Source: a virus. Taken from it: a stretch of DNA of 64,000 nucleotides. Numbering within the stretch: the stretch's first letter is position 1; the number at the start of each line of letters is the position of its first letter. Shown here piece after piece: positions 23,177 through 33,862 of this stretch. The stretch spans positions 32,001 through 96,000 of IMG/VR virus record IMGVR_UViG_3300023184_003849; one strand, written 5' to 3'. Both the position numbers and the translations under genes were made by a program. The notes beneath the pieces were generated by a model. The model had not been told where the DNA came from. It was given only the letters and a program-made list of their open reading frames with translations, and ran no database searches.

Positions 23177-24132
23177 AATTTTTAGTAACAGGCGGCTTGG
23201 GTCTCATTGGACACAACGTAGTGCAACGTCTACAAAAGCGTGGCGAAGAAGTTGTTATTGTAGACAATCGCACCACGTATGGTATTATACCACAAGACGA
23301 ACTAGACTATCTAATGGCAGAACGTTGGAAAAAGATTGACCAGACAGATGTATACTACACAGACATTGCTGATGGTGCCAAGTTTGATCAAATTGTAAAG
23401 AATCACAAACCCGAAGTGATCATACACATGGCATCATTTCCTAGACAGAAAGTTGTCAACGCTAATCCTGCTCAGGGTGCTAGGGTCATGATGGAAGGTT
23501 TAATGAACATTTGTGAGAGTGCCAAATCGCATGGTGTGGAGCGTGTGGTATATATAAGTTCAAGCATGGTGTACGGGGACTTTGAAGACCAAGTGACGGA
23601 AGAAGCCGAGTGCCGGCCTATTGGTCAATACGGAATTATGAAACTCTCAGGAGAAGACATTGTCAAAGACTACCATAGACGCGGCTGTTTTGACTACGCT
23701 ATTGTTCGGCCTAGTGCTGTATACGGGCCACTTGATGTGGAGGACAGGGTGGTTGCAAAATTTATGCTCCAGGCCATGCGTGGTGATGTTCTCCGAGTTA
23801 ATGGAGCCTCGGAAACACTTGATTTCACGTATGTCGATGATGCGGCAGATGGTATTGTGGCGGCGGCAACAAGAATTATGGCGGCAAATCGTACATATAA
23901 TATTACCAAATCGCATTCGGTAAGTTTGTTAGAGGCAGCAGAAATGATTGTTAAGATTGTGGGCAAGGGCACCATTGAAGTACGCGATAAAGATGCAGAC
24001 TTCCCTAGTCGTGGTGCGTTGTGTATTGATCGCGCACGAGTGATCCTGGGCTTTGATCCCCGAGTAGATGTAGAACAAGGATTCCAAAATTACTACAAGT
24101 GGTTGAGTGAATCGCCTTACTGGAACAAATGA
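23173..24132 (+). CDS. NAD-dependent epimerase/dehydratase
   Basis: TGGLGLIG, SSSMVYG, YGIMK, DFTYVDD. Confidence 0.95.
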   Translation: MKFLVTGGLGLIGHNVVQRLQKRGEEVVIVDNRTTYGIIPQDELDYLMAERWKKIDQTDVYYTDIADGAKFDQIVKNHKPEVIIHMASFPRQKVVNANPAQGARVMMEGLMNICESAKSHGVERVVYISSSMVYGDFEDQVTEEAECRPIGQYGIMKLSGEDIVKDYHRRGCFDYAIVRPSAVYGPLDVEDRVVAKFMLQAMRGDVLRVNGASETLDFTYVDDAADGIVAAATRIMAANRTYNITKSHSVSLLEAAEMIVKIVGKGTIEVRDKDADFPSRGALCIDRARVILGFDPRVDVEQGFQNYYKWLSESPYWNK

Positions 24133-25223
24133 CCACTACCGGCCTTACTATCCCGTTTACTGGTCTAAGAAAACAGTATAATACCCTAAGAACAGAAATT
24201 CTGGATGTGACCGATGAAGTATTGCGTTCAGGCGTTCTCATGGGAGGCAACTATACTGCTGAATTTGAAAACTGGCTAGCACGAAAGAATCGTGTGAGTT
24301 ATGCTGTGACCTGCCACTCGGGCACACAAGCACTTGAAATCATAGCCGGATTCTACCGCGATCTGGACTTGGCCTTTGTCAATCCTCCCACAGTGATTGT
24401 TCCTGCCTTGACATACCCAGCCACTGCTAATGCTTTTTTACGTGCAGGTTGGTCGGTCATAATTGGAGATACTGACTACTATGGTCAGATTGACGTAAGA
24501 AAGATGGTCAATGATTTGGACACACACTATCATGCTGTGTGTGCTGTGGGCTTGTATGGCGCGGCCCTGCGTGACATGCCACCAGTTGAAAATCGAGCCT
24601 TGCTGATCGAAGATGCGGCCCAACACTGGTTAAGCAACGACTGCAAAAGACAAGGTGGGGCCGCGGCCATCAGTTTTGACCCTACCAAGAACTTGGCCAA
24701 CTATGGCAATGGTGGTGCCATAGTATCTGATGATAGAAACTTGCTGGACTATGCAAGAAACTGGGTAAACAACGGCAAGCATACCCGACATGACCAAACT
24801 GGGTCAAATTCAAGAATGAGTGAAACAGATTGTGCTCAAATGATGATCAAGACACGTTATATAGATGTCTGGCAGAAGCGCAGGGCTGAGATTGCCCGTC
24901 ACTGGATTGAACGATTAAAGAACACAGGCATACGTACACTAATCGACGATACTAACTTTTCAACGCATTGTTATCATAAGTTTGTGATCGATGTGGATTC
25001 CAGAGATGTTGTGCAACGCAATCTTGCTATACGCAAGATCGAAACCAAAGTTCACTATGCTGAGCCTTTGCACGAACTACCCGCGTATCGAAATCTTACT
25101 GGCCCGGATCTCCTGAGTCCAGCAAGTGCGTTGAGCCGACGCTGTTTAAGTTTACCTATCTACCCCGAGTTATCAGATCTCGAGGTAGAATACGTTATCG
25201 ATCAGTTGTTAGACCTCGTTTGA
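24129..25223 (+). CDS. DegT/DnrJ/EryC1/StrS aminotransferase
   Basis: SGTQAL, IEDAAQ, SFDPTKNL..GNGG, SLPIYP. Confidence 0.95.
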   Translation: MTTTGLTIPFTGLRKQYNTLRTEILDVTDEVLRSGVLMGGNYTAEFENWLARKNRVSYAVTCHSGTQALEIIAGFYRDLDLAFVNPPTVIVPALTYPATANAFLRAGWSVIIGDTDYYGQIDVRKMVNDLDTHYHAVCAVGLYGAALRDMPPVENRALLIEDAAQHWLSNDCKRQGGAAAISFDPTKNLANYGNGGAIVSDDRNLLDYARNWVNNGKHTRHDQTGSNSRMSETDCAQMMIKTRYIDVWQKRRAEIARHWIERLKNTGIRTLIDDTNFSTHCYHKFVIDVDSRDVVQRNLAIRKIETKVHYAEPLHELPAYRNLTGPDLLSPASALSRRCLSLPIYPELSDLEVEYVIDQLLDLV

Positions 25224-26802
25224 TCAAGGCATAAGTGGCCAACCAAGACCACTCATAACTTTTTCTCAGTTGTTCAAAGTCTCCACTTACTGATTCATAG
25301 TATTCTATAGCATCCTGGGCCCCTTTAATACTCCACTGGTTTGGAGTATTGTCTTTGGTCAACCATTGATTCAATCTATATTCGTTTTCTACATCAGGCA
25401 AACTGGCTCGTAATTTCAACACCTCTCGAAACGCTGTGCGCCAACACATCCATGAACTTGTGTAGTAGTTGGCCGTGCCTGACACAATGGGCACAACTTC
25501 GTGTGGATCATCAAGAGTAAAGTCTAGTCCGTGTCCTGTGTTGGCCAGAGTCAAGCGACGATTGTAGGCAATCATGGCTTGGTGTCCATACACTAAACCA
25601 TTCACAGGATTCTTGGCATGAAAGATATAGTGCTTGGCTTGTTGCATACGATCTGGCTGCCACGACCAATCAAAGTTCTGGTCAACTTGAAGTTTGGCAA
25701 ACACAGCAAAGAACCACGGAGTTGTGCTGACTTCAGCAGCCGCATGATAGGCTGCCACACGACCATTGACATTTTGCACTTGATGTATTTTATTAAGACT
25801 ACTGTTGTACCAGGCTTTGGTGCTTTGCATGAGTCGTTGATAGTTAGTTTCAGCCTCGTTTTCACCATTAGATATAAACACAATATCAATTGGAGTTTCG
25901 TTTAAGGTAATTTTGGTTTTGTTGATGTGTGGGTAATCATACACCTGTATTTTAATATAATTTTTACACTCTCTAGGCACCACAGCAGTGGCATTTCCTT
26001 GACTGAGAGGCATCACTGTTTTAGTACTCTCTTGCCATAGGCTTATTGTAGGCACGTTATTGCCCAGTGCTATAGTTTGATAGAACTCAACCAATGGAGT
26101 GTCAAATTCATGATTCCATACGGCTGTAGCAAGACTGTCATCGGTGTACTTGACCTGAGTCAAAGGCAGTCTTGGTATTGGTCGATCCTCAATAAAGTTT
26201 AGAGTTTCAAACCATTCTAATACTTTTAAATTCTTGGTCTTTTCCAAAAAACTAGACACATGTACATAAAACGTATCTCCAAACTTTTGTTCATTGCTTG
26301 CAAACACATGTAACATTTCCTGTTGCCATTCGTTAGGGTGCCAAGAGAAATCAAAGTTAACATAATCACAAACATCACTAGTAACCCAACAGTATTCCCA
26401 TTTGACTTTACTCAAGGCTCTACGCATGGTGCCCAAGTAATCTGAAACGTACCGAACATTAACATCACCTGCATTTTGGCTACTTAGGGCATGTTTGATA
26501 TGCAAGCGTGGCACACTGAGTCGTCGTGGCACTATAGGGTGTGATCTATTCACCTGCTCATACTCACGCGGTACCAGTGCGGTTCCACCATTTGCCTGAT
26601 GCTGACTAGGCCACACATGCATTTGATTGCGTTCCCAAGGCACAGGTTCCCAAAGAAAATCAAACCCAGAATAGTCCGATAAGTAATTTATCCACCAAAA
26701 ATATCTCGTGCGACTTTGCTTTTGTGCTTGCTCGATCGATTGCACTTGCTTCTCATGTGGAAATACATTGGGCTTGGTGCCAGTATAAAATACATCAAAC
26801 AT
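25195..26802 (-). CDS. Phage glycosyltransferase-like protein (repeated GT-A-like modules)
   Basis: Internal repeats FDF.W.P; C-terminal NPVNGLVYG and WRTAFRE..KL shared with 42424-43350. Confidence 0.7.
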   Translation of the reverse strand: MFDVFYTGTKPNVFPHEKQVQSIEQAQKQSRTRYFWWINYLSDYSGFDFLWEPVPWERNQMHVWPSQHQANGGTALVPREYEQVNRSHPIVPRRLSVPRLHIKHALSSQNAGDVNVRYVSDYLGTMRRALSKVKWEYCWVTSDVCDYVNFDFSWHPNEWQQEMLHVFASNEQKFGDTFYVHVSSFLEKTKNLKVLEWFETLNFIEDRPIPRLPLTQVKYTDDSLATAVWNHEFDTPLVEFYQTIALGNNVPTISLWQESTKTVMPLSQGNATAVVPRECKNYIKIQVYDYPHINKTKITLNETPIDIVFISNGENEAETNYQRLMQSTKAWYNSSLNKIHQVQNVNGRVAAYHAAAEVSTTPWFFAVFAKLQVDQNFDWSWQPDRMQQAKHYIFHAKNPVNGLVYGHQAMIAYNRRLTLANTGHGLDFTLDDPHEVVPIVSGTANYYTSSWMCWRTAFREVLKLRASLPDVENEYRLNQWLTKDNTPNQWSIKGAQDAIEYYESVSGDFEQLRKSYEWSWLATYALIKRGLTTDR

Positions 26803-27913
26803 GATTAGAATAGACGAAATTTATGACAATATTTTTTGGGCTTGGATCAATAAACATCACCCTGGTTATAAAATGTTTTTTTGTGACCCTTTTGGTCGTA
26901 GTGACCCTGAAAGTATTTCGAATTACGGAAGAGAAGATATACATGAACATAATTATATATTCTTTTTTGACCAAGAGCCAATACATTTAGACATACATCT
27001 CTCAACATTTAATCATATTATTTGGTCTACTTTGTCTATTTACGAAAGCATGCCAGGTGATATTGGGTATCTAGTGACTAGTGAAAAGAACAGTGAGACA
27101 GTGGAACGTGTTTGTAAACATTACAATTGGAAATCTTTGTATTATTTTTTTCATGGTTGGGCCGCATTAGATTGGTATCGCGGATACGATAGAACATTTT
27201 TGATTACTCCTTGGACCGAACGGAAAATTAAAAAGACATTTTTCAGTGCCAATCGAATCATTGGGGGCAAAAGACAACATCGAGTACTGATGCTATACCA
27301 CTTTCAACGTCTAGGGCTCATGAACAATTGGATCAGTGCCAGTGCAGTATGCCCTGTAGAGAATACATCCATTATTGATATTGCAAAATATTATGAACAA
27401 CAATATCCTGACATTGTAGATGTAATCAGTGGTATAGAATTGCCTAAACATTTTCCTAATGAAGATTCTCCACGGATGAGTAGTTGTTGGTTGGATCAAT
27501 TTGACATCTGTGCCGAAAGTCTTATCTATCACGTGAGCGAAACTGTTTATGTAGGACGTAGACTACATCTAACTGAAAAAACATTTAAACCAATTGCACT
27601 GGGCATGCCCTTTGTATTATCAGGTACTGCAGGAAGTTTGGAATACTTGCGCAGTTACGGATTTAAAACTTTTGGCAACATCTGGGACGAAAGTTATGAT
27701 AAGGAAACAGATGATATTCGTCGGGCAGAAAAAGTCGCTGATTTATTAAAGAGCATAGATCAGTTGTCAGAAAAACAAAAACAAGAGTTATTCGAACAAA
27801 CATGGCCAATTATAGAACACAACTGGAATCATTTTTATCGTGGAAATTTTGCCGATGTACTTTGGAAAGAACTTGTAAACATGTTGGAACAAATTAAAAC
27901 ATGGTGTGCATAG
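26801..27913 (+). CDS. TEK-motif protein (GT10/fucosyltransferase-like)
   Basis: VSET...LTEKTFKPI...GFKTF..WDESYD. Confidence 0.75.
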   Translation: MIRIDEIYDNIFWAWINKHHPGYKMFFCDPFGRSDPESISNYGREDIHEHNYIFFFDQEPIHLDIHLSTFNHIIWSTLSIYESMPGDIGYLVTSEKNSETVERVCKHYNWKSLYYFFHGWAALDWYRGYDRTFLITPWTERKIKKTFFSANRIIGGKRQHRVLMLYHFQRLGLMNNWISASAVCPVENTSIIDIAKYYEQQYPDIVDVISGIELPKHFPNEDSPRMSSCWLDQFDICAESLIYHVSETVYVGRRLHLTEKTFKPIALGMPFVLSGTAGSLEYLRSYGFKTFGNIWDESYDKETDDIRRAEKVADLLKSIDQLSEKQKQELFEQTWPIIEHNWNHFYRGNFADVLWKELVNMLEQIKTWCA

Positions 27914-29133
27914 CAATTGATCATAGAGACCCTGTGTCAGGTAGACCCATGCCCAATGGCATTCCATTGGAGCAACATCATTCAATTGAACAAATGGATG
28001 GTTATAGGTTAGACTATCCTAGAATCATCTATTATCTGCATGAGTGCGGAATACCTATGCAGGTGGCAGCCACTGCCGATGCACCCTTAGGCGCCTGGTA
28101 CCCAGTGGTACTAGGTTGGTTTGATTTTTCAGTAGACTATATAGGCAGGATAAGTCCTGCCGCATACACACGCATACAACAAAAACACATGTTGTTGGTG
28201 TTTACATATCACGAAGGCGATAATCCTGCCAAGATAAGAGCAAGAATCAATCAACTGTGTGCTGACCATGCAATAGAACCTGACATGGTTTGGCTGATTA
28301 GTGGCAATAGTTCTGCAGATTCAATACAGGGATGCGTTTATTGGCCTGAACTGGAATTTATGTATTGGCGTACTGTAAATTTATCAGCAGGCGCCAAATA
28401 TCATCTGCGGCCTAGATCACGTGCATTTACTGGACTGTGTAGAATAGACAAACTTTGGCGTAAGGTATTCATGAGCGAACTATGGGCAGATGGGTTACAC
28501 AAGAATGGTTACTTCAGTTATACTCAGTATTTGCTAGGCGGCGAAGACGATTATTTTAATTGTGCATTACGCAATAGTTATCTTGCTCATAAACAACATC
28601 AAGTTAATCAATTTATAGCAGCCGGACCATTTCATGCGGATGAACTAGATTTAGATGCACACAACAACTATGCCGTCAACATGACCAACCTTTATGAAGA
28701 CAGTTACTTCAATATTGTGTTAGAAACCATGATTGATGTTGATGATTCAGGCGGACAGTTTATAACAGAAAAAACATTCAAACCCATATTCAACAATCAA
28801 TTTTTTATTGTGGTTAGTAGTAGTCACCACATGGCACACTTGCGTGAACTAGGGTACCAGACATTTGGGCGTGTGATAGATGAACACTATGATTCGATAG
28901 AAAACAATCAAGAAAGATTTGAGGCTGTGTTGGCGATGACAAAGAGTTTGTGCACCAAGCCTTTGTCAGAATTACACTCAATCTATCAACAACTTGAACC
29001 TGAGATTGTTCATAACTATCAAGTTTTTGTAGCAGGCATGCGACACAGGCTTAAAGTAGTGGTTGATCGTATTAACTACAAACCTTTACACCATATAATT
29101 TTTCAAAACGATCAGCGTCTGCTCGATCATTGA
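27901..29133 (+). CDS. TEK-motif protein (GT10-like)
   Basis: IVLET...ITEKTFKPI...GYQTF..IDEHYD. Confidence 0.75.
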   Translation: MVCIAIDHRDPVSGRPMPNGIPLEQHHSIEQMDGYRLDYPRIIYYLHECGIPMQVAATADAPLGAWYPVVLGWFDFSVDYIGRISPAAYTRIQQKHMLLVFTYHEGDNPAKIRARINQLCADHAIEPDMVWLISGNSSADSIQGCVYWPELEFMYWRTVNLSAGAKYHLRPRSRAFTGLCRIDKLWRKVFMSELWADGLHKNGYFSYTQYLLGGEDDYFNCALRNSYLAHKQHQVNQFIAAGPFHADELDLDAHNNYAVNMTNLYEDSYFNIVLETMIDVDDSGGQFITEKTFKPIFNNQFFIVVSSSHHMAHLRELGYQTFGRVIDEHYDSIENNQERFEAVLAMTKSLCTKPLSELHSIYQQLEPEIVHNYQVFVAGMRHRLKVVVDRINYKPLHHIIFQNDQRLLDH

Positions 29134-30553
29134 CCATGGGTTCGCCGCGTATGTTTAGCGAAGTGTTCAGCAACATGGGACAGCCAGTCAACACGTACCA
29201 CTTTTCAAGCAGTTGTCGGATTCCTGAACCGTCCTGCGCCACAGTTTGTACTCGGCTGGTGCCATCAACATGACATACAGCAGGAGTAAGGCTAGGCTGG
29301 CGACAACGAGCGACTGACTGCATATAAGGACTATGATGCCAACCGGCTGGCATATCAAAATAGTCATCAGCCACCTCAGCCAGTATGACCGGGGCAAAAG
29401 GTCTAAACTGTTGTCTGCGTTTGATTTCATTTACTTTCTCCTTGATCTCGCGGCCTCTAGGGTCTGCAAGGAGGCTACGGTTTCCGAGTGCGCGGGGGCC
29501 GAACTCGGCACGTCCTGAGGCGACTCCCACAATTCGTTCAGTAAGAAGCCGATCCAAAAGGCCATTAACGGGATAAGGGCCAGGAATGTCATACCCCAAA
29601 AAAGCGTTTGTCCAGTTAATTCTATATCCAAGAGCCAAAGCGGCAGCACCAAGGCTACTACCAGCATCACCAGGGCAAGGCATAATCCAAATATTCTCAA
29701 AGTACTCTCCCAAAAAACGATTTGCAGTGCAGTTCAAAGCCACTCCACCCATATATACCAAGTTTGCACTAAAATCTAATTTTCTAGCACGAATCATGAC
29801 CTGACGTATAAGATCTTCTGCGACCAACTGTGCCGCTGCCGCAATATTTTCTTCACTGGAATGCTGTAAAAATTCAGGGTCCATGCCTGTGTGAAAATTC
29901 TTTTTTAATTGTAAATTACGCTCGTCCTCAATCACGTGTTCACGCATGTCTTGGTACCACGTGTTACGGCCAAAGGCAGCCATGCCCATGGTGATGTACT
30001 CTTCATCCATTGGATGCAGACCAATACGCTTAGTCACTGCACTGTAAAACAAACCAATTGAATGTGGATAAACTTGCCGCCATAATCTACGATACTGCGC
30101 ACGGCCCGACTGATTGTATTCGGCACCCCATATACTTATAGTGTCCCATTCACCAATGGCGTCAACCACTACTACAGTGGCACGTTCAAACGGCGAAGTT
30201 TGAAAACCTGCGGCTGCATGGCTTAGATGATGATTGTAGTTTTTTATTTTCTTATCACAAGTGACCAATCCAGGCAATTGTTTTTTTAATATTGATGTGA
30301 CTGACAGTTTATCCCAGTCAATGTTTTGACCTGCATACAGTTGTCGCAGTTGTTTTGACCAAGGGCGCTCATAGTAGGCAATTGTGTCTATTTCTCGTCC
30401 GTATAAGTCTATTACTAATTCAGATGCAATTTCAGCATCGTTTTTTATTTTACTATACCGTTCTGAATGCGCGGCAAATAAGATCTCACCATTGGGACTT
30501 ATGACCGTGGCGGCTGCATCGTGAAAGCCTGCCGAAATACCCAGGATATTCAT
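29072..30553 (-). CDS. Carbamoyltransferase (NodU/CmcH/TobZ family)
   Basis: HDAAA, ERYSKIK, HHLSHA, GGVALNC, EFGPRALGNRS, FRPFAP, NTSLN. Confidence 0.96.
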   Translation of the reverse strand: MNILGISAGFHDAAATVISPNGEILFAAHSERYSKIKNDAEIASELVIDLYGREIDTIAYYERPWSKQLRQLYAGQNIDWDKLSVTSILKKQLPGLVTCDKKIKNYNHHLSHAAAGFQTSPFERATVVVVDAIGEWDTISIWGAEYNQSGRAQYRRLWRQVYPHSIGLFYSAVTKRIGLHPMDEEYITMGMAAFGRNTWYQDMREHVIEDERNLQLKKNFHTGMDPEFLQHSSEENIAAAAQLVAEDLIRQVMIRARKLDFSANLVYMGGVALNCTANRFLGEYFENIWIMPCPGDAGSSLGAAALALGYRINWTNAFLGYDIPGPYPVNGLLDRLLTERIVGVASGRAEFGPRALGNRSLLADPRGREIKEKVNEIKRRQQFRPFAPVILAEVADDYFDMPAGWHHSPYMQSVARCRQPSLTPAVCHVDGTSRVQTVAQDGSGIRQLLEKWYVLTGCPMLLNTSLNIRGEPMVNDRADADRFEKLYGVKVCS

Positions 30554-30651
30554 TTGTAGATAAATGGATCGCGTTTGCGGAGTTCTTTTAATTTTTTTCT
30601 ATACCGTATTTCTAGTGTAATACGATTCCAAAGTCTTTGAATCCAATTCAT
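30550..30651 (-). CDS. 33-aa peptide MNWIQRLWNRITLEIRYRKKLKELRKRDPFIYK
   Basis: Translated by hand; ATGA overlaps on both sides; AGGA SD. Confidence 0.8.
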   Translation of the reverse strand: MNWIQRLWNRITLEIRYRKKLKELRKRDPFIYK

Positions 30652-31685
30652 GTTAAATTCCTAATTTGAAGTATATCATAGTCTGGATCACTCCAGCGAT
30701 AGTCATATGTAGCCCTGGTTGTGCCGGTACGCACTTTATACACATCCTGGTGCTGACTCAATTGCGAATATATTATTTGCCAGTCTTCTGTACCAAACGT
30801 CCTTTTGAGATCAACTTGCCCGATTTGAGGGTGGCCGATTGTAAGACCTGGGTCATCTGGGTTGAATCCATTCCGTTCAAGCCACGTTCGAAATTCGGCC
30901 AACTGTCGGATTTGCCAGGAGTAAGCACCGGGATCACGGGCCCATTCAATATCAAAATCAGCAGCCGCTTGAGTCTGAGTACGTAATCCTGAGGTAACCA
31001 ATTCTGAAATCCTTGAGTCCCTGCCCTCATCTTGAAATACCTCCCAATGGTGCTTGCCCACTGCTTTATTTACACCTACATATACACCACCCAATTTTCT
31101 ATTGATTGTTTCTATACCAAACAATTCTAAATCTGATTCTTCCAACTCAAATCGTGGAGCATTAAGCCAGCACATGAGTTGACTAGGTCTACGCCATTCG
31201 GGTGCTGTTTGTGCCTTACGTATACTGAGTACCAGGCTTTCAAACTCGTGGCATAACAAATTCAATTGTCTAATGTGCCAGCGTGTGGAATCATCTGCTT
31301 GAGAATAATAAGGACTCATAGCCCCTGCTGTGCCTTGTAAATCTTCAAAATAACGATGTAGTTGATTAAGATGTTGGTGGTTGGTTCTGCCTTGACTGTC
31401 TATGCTGTTGGCAGGTGAGAAGAAATCTTGTATTTTATAATTTAAGTTGCTTGAATTTATAGCATGGATTGATCTATTGATTTGAGTACACAAATATTCT
31501 GGATTGCGAGCACTTTCGGCCCAGCCCAACCAACAGTAATTTTTTTCTAGGTGTAATTGTTGATCAATAATATTATTCAATGCCGCAAGCCATTTACGGC
31601 TGAGACTGTTGTCTTCAACATTTATGTATACCGTAAAAATTTGATTTTCGGCACTCCGTAGGTCTATTTCAATCAAATCAAGCAA
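30648..31685 (-). CDS. Hypothetical protein (LNQLHRYFE, VGKH motifs)
   Basis: ORF track; coupled within the operon. Confidence 0.75.
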   Translation of the reverse strand: MLDLIEIDLRSAENQIFTVYINVEDNSLSRKWLAALNNIIDQQLHLEKNYCWLGWAESARNPEYLCTQINRSIHAINSSNLNYKIQDFFSPANSIDSQGRTNHQHLNQLHRYFEDLQGTAGAMSPYYSQADDSTRWHIRQLNLLCHEFESLVLSIRKAQTAPEWRRPSQLMCWLNAPRFELEESDLELFGIETINRKLGGVYVGVNKAVGKHHWEVFQDEGRDSRISELVTSGLRTQTQAAADFDIEWARDPGAYSWQIRQLAEFRTWLERNGFNPDDPGLTIGHPQIGQVDLKRTFGTEDWQIIYSQLSQHQDVYKVRTGTTRATYDYRWSDPDYDILQIRNLT

Positions 31686-32967
31686 TTTTCATCCACCACT
31701 CTGCCACTTCAGGGCGTTGACTTAATATATCTGTCAAGGTCACTGATTGTGTTCTTATTTGTTCTAGTTTGAGCACACGAGCCTTGCCTCGACGCAGTCC
31801 CTCCTGATATTGATCAGGCCACTGTTCCGCAAACGTGGGCCGGGTTTTTAATTGTAGCAGTACATCACGCATGGCACCTGCGGAGCGGCCTGCTAGTTCG
31901 TCAATCCAAGGGTCCAACAAATGCCTAGGCAGTGCCAAAGGACTCAAGATTATATCTGGGGAGAAACTGAATATGACCTTGGCCAACAGTTGTACCCCAT
32001 ACTTGTGTGCCAGGTTTTCCATTGCATCTGTTTCAAACATTCCAGGGAGAGTGAGGGTAAAATCAAGACGCATTTGTCTAGGGTGTTTGGCGTACTGTAA
32101 GCCGTGTTCAAAATTACTACAGAACTGTTCATAATTCAGTCCTGTACGAATATATTCCCCGATTTTGTCTAATCCATCCAGACTAGCACATATTTGCCAA
32201 TCTCGTACATGACTGAGGATATCGCCAAAAAGATCCAGGCCTCGATAATTAATTCGACTCAAATTAGTATTGTATCGAGCATATAAACGAGGTCCATCTC
32301 CTAATTCCACGATTCGTTTCATGTAACGCCAGTGCTGTTCATACATTAGCGGCTCTCCGCCAACCCAATATACCTCTTCAACACGGTGTCCTTCAACGGC
32401 GGCAGAAAACTCGGCTTCAACCTGATTCTCCTGAAAGTGTGCGATCTTGCCACGTATATCTGCTCGCATCCAATGATTTTTTGGATCGTGCCAATCAACC
32501 ATGTCATGAGTTTTTTCTTCACTTTCCCAGGCGCTTGAAAGCATGTCTCCGCAGGTTCTGCATCGGAAATTGCATAGATTTGAAAACCTATAATCCCACG
32601 ACACAGGTACCATAGTTGTAGAGCCATCCGCATTAGTGTTATTGTAAACTTCTTTGATCTTGTGTCCGAATAAATGATCGAAGTAGGTCCTATAGACATC
32701 GGTGTTGAGCAGTCGGTCATTGCATACCTCGCATTCTGGTAGTTTTTCCCCGGCCATCATTCTGCGCCTAACGCTTTTCATGTGTTCTGAATTCCAATGC
32801 TGTTCAAGTGTGATGGGAATGTATTGCCCTGTGCCCCGGGCTGTGTCTATATACTGCTCAAAGTTTTGCGCAGGTTCCCGAGATGCACAGCACATACGTC
32901 GTTCTGTTTGCGGACTTAAATATGTATGCACCCAGGGCGCTAGGCAGAGATTGTTAGGTTTCTGCAT
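31678..32967 (-). CDS. Twitch-domain radical SAM protein
   Basis: CLAPW..CC, CEVC, CNFRCRTC, GGEP, YNTN. Confidence 0.93.
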   Translation of the reverse strand: MQKPNNLCLAPWVHTYLSPQTERRMCCASREPAQNFEQYIDTARGTGQYIPITLEQHWNSEHMKSVRRRMMAGEKLPECEVCNDRLLNTDVYRTYFDHLFGHKIKEVYNNTNADGSTTMVPVSWDYRFSNLCNFRCRTCGDMLSSAWESEEKTHDMVDWHDPKNHWMRADIRGKIAHFQENQVEAEFSAAVEGHRVEEVYWVGGEPLMYEQHWRYMKRIVELGDGPRLYARYNTNLSRINYRGLDLFGDILSHVRDWQICASLDGLDKIGEYIRTGLNYEQFCSNFEHGLQYAKHPRQMRLDFTLTLPGMFETDAMENLAHKYGVQLLAKVIFSFSPDIILSPLALPRHLLDPWIDELAGRSAGAMRDVLLQLKTRPTFAEQWPDQYQEGLRRGKARVLKLEQIRTQSVTLTDILSQRPEVAEWWMKIA

Positions 32968-33862
32968 ATTCTAACAATGGTTCTACAATTTCATTTATAA
33001 TACGTTGTTTTACTAATTTTTGATCGAAAAAATGGTTGTGATTATGTGTCAATTTTTGAAGTGTAAGTATATCATAATGGTCTATCTGAACAGAGTCGAT
33101 AACATCAAGTATCAATGATAAACGTTGATCAAAAGACTCAAGTTTATCATAGGATTCATCAAACAAATTATCAAATGTTTCAAATCCTTGACTTTTTATT
33201 GTTTGCAACATTCCTGCGCTGCCTAAGACAACAAACGGATGATAATAGGCACAAGGTTTATAAGTTTTTTCGGTTAGGAAACTGCAACGTTCCGGATTAA
33301 TGCTTGATTCAATGACCAAACTCATCCAGGTGGTGTCATACCAATCTGGATTGAAAAAACGTTGATAGTTTGGATCATCGCAAGATACATCATCAGGAAG
33401 TCGTTTGTCTTTGTAACTCCATATGAAATTTTCTAGTCTTGTCCCTAGCCGATCAATTATAATGTCTCTTTCTGTCTTTGCACGATTTATTGTCATGAGA
33501 GACTTTTTTTTATAGTTTTTCTTAGGAATATAATTGTGATAGCCCAAAAATTGCCACCATAAACTTTCATTGTACCAAAACCATTGATTGTTTGTTAATT
33601 CATAATAATTATTTTTAAATTCTTTATCAGATTGTTCCCATAGATTGTCAATAACAACTTTATATCCTAAACTTTTTAAATTTTGACTATAACTGTCATT
33701 GGCATTACAATGCCATACCACAAAGAGTGTTGAATCAGCATGATAGAATTTGTCTGTATCAAACCATTCGATATCAAAGTATTGTTTCCAAAATTCTTCA
33801 AGATAACAACTGGTGAAACTTGAGAATTCATTTGGTCTCAGTATCATTTTTATCTTAGACAT
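32954..33862 (-). CDS. TEK-motif protein (GT10-like), AT-rich
   Basis: LTEKTYKP..GFETF..FDESYD. Confidence 0.75.
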   Translation of the reverse strand: MSKIKMILRPNEFSSFTSCYLEEFWKQYFDIEWFDTDKFYHADSTLFVVWHCNANDSYSQNLKSLGYKVVIDNLWEQSDKEFKNNYYELTNNQWFWYNESLWWQFLGYHNYIPKKNYKKKSLMTINRAKTERDIIIDRLGTRLENFIWSYKDKRLPDDVSCDDPNYQRFFNPDWYDTTWMSLVIESSINPERCSFLTEKTYKPCAYYHPFVVLGSAGMLQTIKSQGFETFDNLFDESYDKLESFDQRLSLILDVIDSVQIDHYDILTLQKLTHNHNHFFDQKLVKQRIINEIVEPLLEYAET

